A DNA stretch of 4,733 nt, taken from IMG/VR virus record IMGVR_UViG_3300029450_000024. One strand, written 5' to 3'. Below the pieces are notes generated by a model. The model did not search any database. It worked only from the letters and a program-made list of their open reading frames with translations, and had not been told where the DNA came from. Positions 1 through 4,614 of this stretch are shown here, one piece after another; the stretch's first letter is position 1; each line of letters opens with the position of its first letter. A program made the position numbers and the translations under genes. This DNA comes from a virus (Duplodnaviria; Heunggongvirae; Uroviricota; Caudoviricetes).

Positions 1-69
1 CGGTGGAGCTGCATGACAAAGTCATCGGGCATTATCTGAACATAAAACACTATCAATAAGTTGGAGTCA

Positions 70-225
70 TTACCCTGACGTGCATTGCTCAAGTTTTTTA
101 GCCAGCACAAAACTGGCTTTTTTATAGCCATTGAAAACCAGCCGTAAGTAGCCAGGTGTTGAGCCAACTTTTCCGGCCAACTCGCCCTGCTGTTCTTTGG
201 TTAAAGAGTCCCAATACGCTTTCAT
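70..225 (-). CDS. Cro-like small HTH transcriptional regulator (51 aa), divergent from the repressor gene
   Basis: Minus-strand ATG (rc of 223..225) lies 7 nt downstream of a GGAGG Shine-Dalgarno (rc of 236..240); stop is rc of 70..72. Product MKAYWDSLTKEQQGELAGKVGSTPGYLRLVFNGYKKASFVLAKKLEQCTSG resembles short Cro/YdaS-type HTH proteins. Divergent position opposite a CI-like repressor. The provided ORF (70..528) is longer, but its upstream part runs antisense through the repressor gene and lacks an RBS. Confidence 0.65.
   Translation of the reverse strand: MKAYWDSLTKEQQGELAGKVGSTPGYLRLVFNGYKKASFVLAKKLEQCTSG
99..123 (+). terminator. Terminator-like hairpin plus T-tract on the plus strand, embedded antisense within the cro-like coding region
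   Basis: AGCCAG (100..105) / loop CACAAAA (106..112) / CTGGCT (113..118), with six T in a row at 118..123 (the first is the closing stem base). On the minus strand the stem is followed by A-rich sequence, so it is not a minus-strand terminator. Confidence 0.3.
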
Positions 226-227
226 AC

Positions 228-252
228 AATATGTACCTCCGGTGTACATATT
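228..252. promoter_or_regulatory. Operator-like palindrome AATATGTAC-N7-GTACATATT (OR1-like), overlapping the cro RBS/transcript start and the -10 of the leftward promoter
   Basis: Inverted repeat with 9-bp arms (228..236 and 244..252) around a 7-bp spacer, read directly from the sequence. Same core as the 281..299 palindrome. Confidence 0.55.
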
Positions 253-275
253 ACATGATTGAAATGAACCTTCAA
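248..275 (-). promoter_or_regulatory. PR-like sigma70 promoter for the cro-like gene (leftward)
   Basis: On the minus strand: -35 TTGAAG (rc of 270..275), 16-nt spacer, -10 TAATAT (rc of 248..253). Predicted start lies about 15 nt upstream of the cro ATG, leaving room for the GGAGG RBS. Confidence 0.4.
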
Positions 276-279
276 GATA

Positions 280-300
280 CTTGTACCTTAGCGGTACAAG
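280..300. promoter_or_regulatory. Operator-like palindrome CTTGTACC-N5-GGTACAAG (OR3-like), overlapping the -35/spacer of the rightward repressor promoter
   Basis: Perfect 8-bp inverted arms (280..287 / 293..300). Core TTGTAC-N7-GTACAA matches the ATGTAC-N7-GTACAT site at 231..249. Confidence 0.55.
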
Positions 301-309
301 GGTTTTAAT
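281..309 (+). promoter_or_regulatory. PRM-like promoter for the repressor gene; predicted leaderless transcript
   Basis: -35 TTGTAC (281..286), 17-nt spacer, -10 TTTAAT (304..309). The ATG at 316 sits about 7 nt after the -10, and no Shine-Dalgarno is present upstream (GGTTTTAATTTCGTTATG). Confidence 0.4.
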
Positions 310-315
310 TTCGTT

Positions 316-990
316 ATGAAAACAATCCATGACATCCGGCGGTCTAACGCCAGAAAACTGAGAGATGGTGTTGGCGGGAATTCTTCCTTTGCCACTATGA
401 TTGATCGCGAGCCAACCCAGACCAGCAGGTTTATGGGAGATGGGGCTACTAAAAATATCGGTGACAGCATGGCACGACACATCGAAAAATGTTTCGACCT
501 GCCTGTCGGATGGCTCGATCAAGAACACCAGACAACGAACATCACAAAAAAACCTGATGTTTCAATCACTAATAAACAAATCACATTAGTCCCTGTCATA
601 TCATGGGTACAGGCCGGAGCATGGAAAGAAGTTGGATATTCTGAGGTTGATTTGAGCACAGCAGAAACGTATCCCTGCCCTGTACCCTGTGGGGAAATGA
701 CTTATATCTTGCGGGTGATAGGTGATTCAATGATTGATGAGTACCGCCCGGGAGACATGATTTTTGTCGATCCTGAAGTACCTGCCTGCCACGGTGACGA
801 CGTTATTGCATTGATGCACGATACAGGCGAAACCACCTTCAAAAGGTTGATAGAAGATGGGACACAGCGTTATCTCAAAGCGTTAAACCCAAACTGGCCT
901 GAGCCTTACATTAAGATCAACGGTAATTGCTCTATAATTGGTACAGTGATTTTCTCCGGAAAACCAAGAAGATACAAAATCAAAGCCTAA
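316..990 (+). CDS. CI/LexA-like prophage repressor: N-terminal HTH domain plus C-terminal S24 peptidase (autocleavage) domain, 224 aa
   Basis: Intact 224-aa ORF. C-terminal domain carries the S24 signature: a Ser-Lys dyad (GDSM, Ser138 at nt 727..729; FKRL, Lys176 at nt 841..843) and an Ala-Gly candidate cleavage site (VQAG-AW, Ala100-Gly101 at nt 613..618). Divergent from the cro-like gene, with operators between them. Confidence 0.9.
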   Translation: MKTIHDIRRSNARKLRDGVGGNSSFATMIDREPTQTSRFMGDGATKNIGDSMARHIEKCFDLPVGWLDQEHQTTNITKKPDVSITNKQITLVPVISWVQAGAWKEVGYSEVDLSTAETYPCPVPCGEMTYILRVIGDSMIDEYRPGDMIFVDPEVPACHGDDVIALMHDTGETTFKRLIEDGTQRYLKALNPNWPEPYIKINGNCSIIGTVIFSGKPRRYKIKA

Positions 991-1004
991 TCAATGTTTA
1001 TGAA

Positions 1005-1025
1005 CCTGCTTCGGCAGGTTTTTTT
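1005..1025 (+). terminator. Rho-independent terminator downstream of the repressor gene (tImm-like)
   Basis: Stem CCTGC (1005..1009) / loop TTCG / GCAGG (1014..1018), followed by a run of 7 T (1019..1025), 15 nt after the repressor stop codon. Confidence 0.7.
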
Positions 1026-1029
1026 ATAC

Positions 1030-1057
1030 TTGACAATGTACCTTTGAGATACATAAT
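1030..1057 (+). promoter_or_regulatory. PL-like strong sigma70 promoter driving the rightward early operon
   Basis: -35 TTGACA (1030..1035), 16-nt spacer, -10 CATAAT (1052..1057), placed immediately after the terminator. Confidence 0.6.
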
Positions 1058-1073
1058 GTACCCAACCGAAACA
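1036..1073. promoter_or_regulatory. OL-like operator sites overlapping the PL-like promoter
   Basis: ATGTAC-N7-ATACAT at 1036..1054 (one mismatch to the GTACAT half-site) lies in the promoter spacer and -10. A weaker ATGTAC-N7-AAACAA follows at 1055..1073. Confidence 0.45.
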
Positions 1074-1264
1074 ACGAACAGGCAGGACGCCCACGAAGTA
1101 GCCGCCTAGGGCATATGAAGTCCAGGATGATTCGTTGAGTCATGTTGTGCCACCAGGCAATCATGTTAAAGCAGGTGTATGAAATGAAAGTCCAGATTTT
1201 AAACAATAACTGTGAAGTCGTTTGGGCGTAAAACATGACCGCGCGTAGACCAAGGGAGGAAAAA

Positions 1265-1441
1265 GTGGGAATAGTTAGAAATCAAGCAGATATATTGAAA
1301 ATCAGCTCTGAATTACTTGGAGTTTTGAAAAGTGAGCTCACCGCACATGGCATCGAGCCCACTGACGAAAACTTAAGTTGGGTTTTGTCGATTATTCAAC
1401 AATCACTCAAGCCCAGCCTCAGCAAACTTTTTATCGAGTAG
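1265..1441 (+). CDS. Hypothetical small protein (58 aa), first ORF downstream of the PL-like promoter
   Basis: GTG start at 1265, 5 nt after a strong AGGGAGG Shine-Dalgarno (1253..1259); stop TAG at 1439..1441. No recognisable domain and no arginine-rich N-like motif. The provided ORF's ATG at 1235 has no RBS. Confidence 0.4.
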   Translation: MGIVRNQADILKISSELLGVLKSELTAHGIEPTDENLSWVLSIIQQSLKPSLSKLFIE

Positions 1442-1594
1442 TGCTTCGAACTTATCGTAAAGCTTGCTTATGTCGTCTATCGGGTTTTCTGACGTACTGT
1501 AATTTTTATCTGATGTCATGGCAGCAGTCTGATATGCAGTGTGAGTCTTAACCGATAGTTGGAATAAATAAAGAATTTTTTCTTCTTTGGTCAT
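1403..1594 (-). CDS. Hypothetical small acidic protein (63 aa), convergent with and overlapping the 3' end of the 1265..1441 ORF
   Basis: Minus-strand ATG (rc of 1592..1594) preceded by AAGGAAA about 7 nt upstream; the provided ORF's further-upstream start has no RBS. Product MTKEEKILYLFQLSVKTHTAYQTAAMTSDKNYSTSENPIDDISKLYDKFEALLDKKFAEAGLE has no transmembrane segment. Confidence 0.4.
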   Translation of the reverse strand: MTKEEKILYLFQLSVKTHTAYQTAAMTSDKNYSTSENPIDDISKLYDKFEALLDKKFAEAGLE

Positions 1595-1810
1595 AACTAT
1601 TTCCTTCTTGGCTATATGAAAACACCAAGATACCACCGAGCCTGAAGTGGTGAAAAGACAGGCACATAACAGCTAAGTATTTTCAACCAAAGAGAATCCT
1701 TAGCGTTGTGGTGAATGCGGCTCAGCGCACGCGGGTTAAGGTTGAGGCTGACAGTCGACCTTCTGTGGATACCCACCCGTCTGGTGTGCAACCTTCGCCA
1801 GGCACCGGGA

Positions 1811-1831
1811 GGCACCCGGCACCCGGCACCA
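1811..1831. repeat. Tandem heptamer repeat GGCACC(C/A) x3, with a further GGCACC copy at 1801..1806
   Basis: Direct reading: GGCACCC (1811..1817), GGCACCC (1818..1824), GGCACCA (1825..1831), inside a GC-rich non-coding island. Confidence 0.6.
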
Positions 1832-1855
1832 CAACTTTATGCTGTGTGTAGTCCT

Positions 1856-1902
1856 GGCGGTACCAGTTTGTACCCTTGCTTCCGGCTGGTACCGTCCTTT
1901 TT
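1856..1902 (+). terminator. Terminator-like hairpin (tL1-like) upstream of the yfdP homolog
   Basis: Stem CGGTACCAG (1858..1866) pairs with CTGGTACCG (1886..1894), extendable by G1857-U1895 and G1856-C1896; 19-nt loop; then C + TTTTT (1898..1902). Plus-strand only. The long loop makes its efficiency uncertain. Confidence 0.45.
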
Positions 1903-2039
1903 ACAAAACAGAGAAGAGCATCACCGGACGACGGGCTCATAACCCAATCCATCCGGGCGGCTGCCACCGCAGGTGTTCTTCTCTGTTTTGTGGAGAAACT
2001 AATCGGCCTTGCAGGGTCGATATGATGAGGAGCAGCAAA

Positions 2040-2402
2040 ATGGCTAGCGAACGCAGTACTGATGTGCAGGCATTTATCGGGGAGCTGGACGGCGGCGTAT
2101 TTGAAACCAAAATCGGCGCAGTTCTCAGTGAAGTCGCTTCCGGTGTGATGAACACGAAAACCAAAGGTAAGGTCTCACTCAACCTGGAAATCGAACCATT
2201 TGATGAGAACCGTGTGAAAATCAAACACAAACTCTCATATGTTCGCCCGACTAACCGCGGGAAAATTTCCGAAGAAGACACCACCGAAACGCCGATGTAT
2301 GTCAATCGCGGTGGTCGCCTGACTATTCTGCAGGAAGACCAGGGACAGTTACTGACTCTTGCCGGTGAACCTGACGGAAAACTCCGCGCAGCAGGTCGTT
2401 AA
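2040..2402 (+). CDS. yfdP: YfdP-like prophage protein of unknown function (120 aa)
   Basis: ATG at 2040, 6 nt after GAGGAG (2028..2033). The provided 187-aa ORF starts further upstream in GC-rich sequence with a Cys/Arg/Pro-rich, low-complexity extension and no RBS. Assignment is from recalled length and sequence of the K-12 CPS-53 protein and needs BLAST confirmation. Confidence 0.75.
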   Translation: MASERSTDVQAFIGELDGGVFETKIGAVLSEVASGVMNTKTKGKVSLNLEIEPFDENRVKIKHKLSYVRPTNRGKISEEDTTETPMYVNRGGRLTILQEDQGQLLTLAGEPDGKLRAAGR

Positions 2403-2467
2403 TATCGTTTTTAATTAACTGATTATTTATCTCATCACTGAATATCTTTATATAGTGAGGACTTATT

Positions 2468-3292
2468 ATGTCTCAGAACTTAGACGCAACCGCAATTAAT
2501 CAAATCCATGCCCTTATTTCTGCTCAGGGTGTTAATGAAATTATCAGTAAGATTGGTGCCGATGCTGTGGCATTGCCTGAGAATTTCCGCATTCATGATC
2601 TGGAAAAATTTAATTTAAATCGCTTCCGTTTCCGTGGTGCGCTTTCCACTGCCAGCATCGATGACTTTACCCGTTATTCTAAAGATCTTGCAGATGAAGG
2701 CACCCGCTGCTTTATCGATGCTGATAATATGCGTGCCGTCAGTGTGCTTAACCTGGGTACTATTGATGAACCAGGTCACGCAGATAACACCGCCACTCTC
2801 AAACTGAAAAAGACAGCACCGTTCTCTGCTCTGTTGTCTGTTAACGGCGAGCGTAACTCCCAGAAGTCACTGGCAGAATGGATTGAAGACTGGGCCGACT
2901 ACCTTGTGGGCTTTGATGCTAATGGTGACGCCATTCAGGCAACAAAAGCGGCTGCGGCAGTCCGTAAAATCACAATTGAAGCGAACCAGACTGCTGATTT
3001 TGAAGACAATGACTTCAGCGGCAAACGCTCCCTGATGGAGTCTGTCGAAGCGAAGACCAAAGACATTATGCCAGTGGCATTTGAATTTAAATGCGTTCCG
3101 TTTGAAGGCCTGAAAGAACGTCCATTTAAATTACGACCCAGCATTATCACTGGCGATCGTCCTGTACTGGTTCTGCGCATTATTCAGCTGGAAGCGGTGC
3201 AGGAAGATATGGCTAACGAATTTCGTGATCTGCTTGTTGAGAAATTCAAAGACAGCAAAGTAGAAACCTTTATTGGTACTTTCACCGCCTGA
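2468..3292 (+). CDS. yfdQ: YfdQ-like protein (DUF2303 family by recall), 274 aa
   Basis: Long intact ORF; ATG about 7 nt after GTGAGGA. Matches by recall the K-12 CPS-53 YfdQ length and N-terminus ([12 protein letters not shown]...). Confidence 0.85.
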   Translation: MSQNLDATAINQIHALISAQGVNEIISKIGADAVALPENFRIHDLEKFNLNRFRFRGALSTASIDDFTRYSKDLADEGTRCFIDADNMRAVSVLNLGTIDEPGHADNTATLKLKKTAPFSALLSVNGERNSQKSLAEWIEDWADYLVGFDANGDAIQATKAAAAVRKITIEANQTADFEDNDFSGKRSLMESVEAKTKDIMPVAFEFKCVPFEGLKERPFKLRPSIITGDRPVLVLRIIQLEAVQEDMANEFRDLLVEKFKDSKVETFIGTFTA

Positions 3293-3304
3293 TTTCATTA
3301 CTGC

Positions 3305-3330
3305 AAATGCCCCTGCGGGGGCATTTATGG
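3305..3330 (+). terminator. GC-rich hairpin with a weak U-tail between the yfdQ and yfdR homologs (possible attenuator or partial terminator)
   Basis: AAATGCCCC (3305..3313) / loop TGCG / GGGGCATTT (3318..3326), a perfect 9-bp stem, followed by ATGG rather than a clean T-run. Confidence 0.35.
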
Positions 3331-3419
3331 AAACGTAATTAACTCAATAATCACCGGATGGTGAGGGCTTCCTTTTACCCAAACTCAGCGCGGTGCAGCG
3401 CATATACGTGGAGAACAAA

Positions 3420-3956
3420 ATGTCATTTATTAAAACTTTTTCCGGGAAGCATTTTTATTATGACAGGATAAATAAAGACGACATCGTGATTAACGATATC
3501 GCGGTTTCCCTTTCAAATATCTGCCGCTTTGCCGGTCATCTTTCTCACTTCTACAGTGTCGCCCAACATGCGGTGCTTTGCAGCCAGCTGGTGCCGCAGG
3601 AATTTGCTTTTGAAGCGTTAATGCATGATGCAACAGAAGCGTATTGCCAGGACATCCCCGCACCACTGAAACGCCTTCTTCCTGACTATAAACGGATGGA
3701 AGAAAAAATAGATGCAGTAATCCGTGAGAAATACGGGTTACCTCCTGTTATGAGCACGCCAGTGAAATATGCCGATCTCATTATGCTGGCAACCGAACGC
3801 CGTGATCTCGGGCTTGATGATGGCTCTTTCTGGCCTGTACTGGAAGGCATCCCGGCAACAGAGATGTTCAACGTGATTCCACTGGCACCGGGTCATGCCT
3901 ACGGGATGTTTATGGAACGTTTTAACGATTTATCGGAGTTACGCAAATGCGCATGA
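3420..3956 (+). CDS. yfdR: HD-domain phosphohydrolase, YfdR-like (5'-deoxynucleotidase family), 178 aa
   Basis: HD-superfamily motifs: His50 in SVAQHA (nt 3567..3569) and His69-Asp70 in LMHDATE (nt 3624..3629). ATG at 3420 preceded by GGAGA; the GTG at 3393 used in the ORF track has no RBS. Length matches K-12 YfdR by recall. Confidence 0.88.
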   Translation: MSFIKTFSGKHFYYDRINKDDIVINDIAVSLSNICRFAGHLSHFYSVAQHAVLCSQLVPQEFAFEALMHDATEAYCQDIPAPLKRLLPDYKRMEEKIDAVIREKYGLPPVMSTPVKYADLIMLATERRDLGLDDGSFWPVLEGIPATEMFNVIPLAPGHAYGMFMERFNDLSELRKCA

Positions 3957-4309
3957 ATGTTTTCGAAATGGAAGGGTTTCTTCGCGGGAAATGTGTACCG
4001 CGAGATCTGAAAGTGAACGAAACAAATGCTGAGTACCTGGTACGTAAATTCGACGCGCTTGAAGCTAAATGTGCGGCACTGGAAAACAAAATAATACCAG
4101 TGTCAGCTGAACTGCCACCAGCAAATGAAAGTGTTCTGTTATTTGATGCTAATGGAGAAGGCTGGCTGATTGGCTGGCGTTCTCTCTGGTACACCTGGGG
4201 ACAAAAAGAAACCGGAGAATGGCAGTGGACATTTCAGGTTGGGGACCTTGAAAACGTCAATATCACTCACTGGGCAGTTATGCCAAAAGCACCGGAGGCT
4301 GGAGCATAA
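3947..4309 (+). CDS. yfdS: YfdS-like protein of unknown function (120 aa)
   Basis: ATG at 3947 overlaps the yfdR stop (ATGCGCATGA, TGA at 3954..3956); GGAG lies 9 nt upstream. Trp-rich C-terminal half. Recalled K-12 homolog is 120 aa. Confidence 0.8.
   Translation: MRMNVFEMEGFLRGKCVPRDLKVNETNAEYLVRKFDALEAKCAALENKIIPVSAELPPANESVLLFDANGEGWLIGWRSLWYTWGQKETGEWQWTFQVGDLENVNITHWAVMPKAPEAGA
4115..4122 (-). other. Chi octamer (5'-GCTGGTGG-3' on the minus strand)
   Basis: Plus-strand CCACCAGC at 4115..4122, inside the yfdS-like gene. Confidence 0.5.
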
Positions 4310-4614
4310 TGACCACATTTACCAATAAAGAACTGATTAAAGAAATCAAAGAACGAATCAGCAGCCTAGAGGTTCGAGACGATATTGAGCGCCGTGCTTA
4401 TGAAATCGCACTCGTATCTCTGGAAGTAGAGCCAGATGAACGCGAAGCCTATGAATTATTCATGGAAAAGCGTTTCGGTGACTTAGTAGATCGTCGGAGA
4501 GCAAAAAACGGCGATAACGAATACATGGCATGGGATATGACTCTCGGTTGGATCGTCTGGCAGCAACGAGCTGGTATCCATTTTTCAACAATGTCACAGC
4601 AAGAGGTGAAATAA
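4309..4614 (+). CDS. yfdT: YfdT-like protein of unknown function (101 aa)
   Basis: Start ATG overlaps the yfdS stop (TAATG at 4307..4311). Recalled K-12 homolog is 101 aa. Confidence 0.8.
   Translation: MTTFTNKELIKEIKERISSLEVRDDIERRAYEIALVSLEVEPDEREAYELFMEKRFGDLVDRRRAKNGDNEYMAWDMTLGWIVWQQRAGIHFSTMSQQEVK

Noticed and set aside
1-32. Possible start of the next minus-strand gene downstream of cro (ATG as rc of 30..32, reading MPDDFVMQLH...)
   Set aside because: Only about 10 codons are inside the window and there is no convincing RBS; a cII-like gene is expected here but cannot be supported from this fragment.
153-210. boxA-like (CTCTTTAACCAAA, minus strand, plus 196..208) followed by a boxB-like GAAAA-loop hairpin (plus 162..179): a possible nutR
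   Set aside because: Lies entirely inside the cro-like coding sequence; the boxB-like stem relies on G-U pairs and the spacing is atypical. Most likely a coincidental resemblance.
70-528. Long 152-aa minus-strand ORF from the track as the cro-like gene
   Set aside because: Its N-terminal two thirds run antisense through the repressor gene and the operator region. Only the internal ATG at 223..225 has an RBS (GGAGG), giving a 51-aa Cro-sized product.
288-589. Track ORFs 288..482 (minus) and 401..589 (plus)
   Set aside because: Both are alternative frames nested within the well-supported repressor gene; no RBS and no recognisable motifs.
1183-1209. Tiny 8-codon ORF (MKVQILKQ) in the PL leader, preceded by AGGTG
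   Set aside because: Too short to evaluate; could be a chance ORF or a leader peptide. Not reportable as a feature without ribosome-profiling data.
927-1236. Track ORFs 927..1109 (plus) and 1024..1236 (minus)
   Set aside because: They span the terminator and PL-like promoter; no RBS and improbable composition.
1612-1967. Track ORFs 1612..1815 (minus), 1715..1942 (plus) and 1722..1967 (minus) within the GC-rich island
   Set aside because: Mutually overlapping on both strands; Arg/Pro/Gly/Cys-rich low-complexity products without RBS; one spans the terminator hairpin. Consistent with chance ORFs in GC-rich non-coding DNA. The Arg-rich N-terminus of 1715..1942 was considered as N-like but lacks an RBS and a plausible fold.
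1839-2039. N-terminal extension of the yfdP-like ORF (187-aa form)
   Set aside because: The extension is Cys/Arg/Pro-rich, lies in the GC island and has no RBS, whereas the ATG at 2040 has GAGGAG 6 nt upstream and gives the recalled 120-aa length.
2403-2467. Internal promoter in the AT-rich yfdP-yfdQ spacer (TATATA at 2449..2454)
   Set aside because: The -10-like element sits too close to the RBS and no adequately spaced -35 was found; expression is more simply explained by read-through from upstream.
3393-3419. GTG start at 3393 for the yfdR-like gene
   Set aside because: The ATG at 3420 is preceded by GGAGA at appropriate spacing and yields the recalled 178-aa product; the GTG has no RBS.
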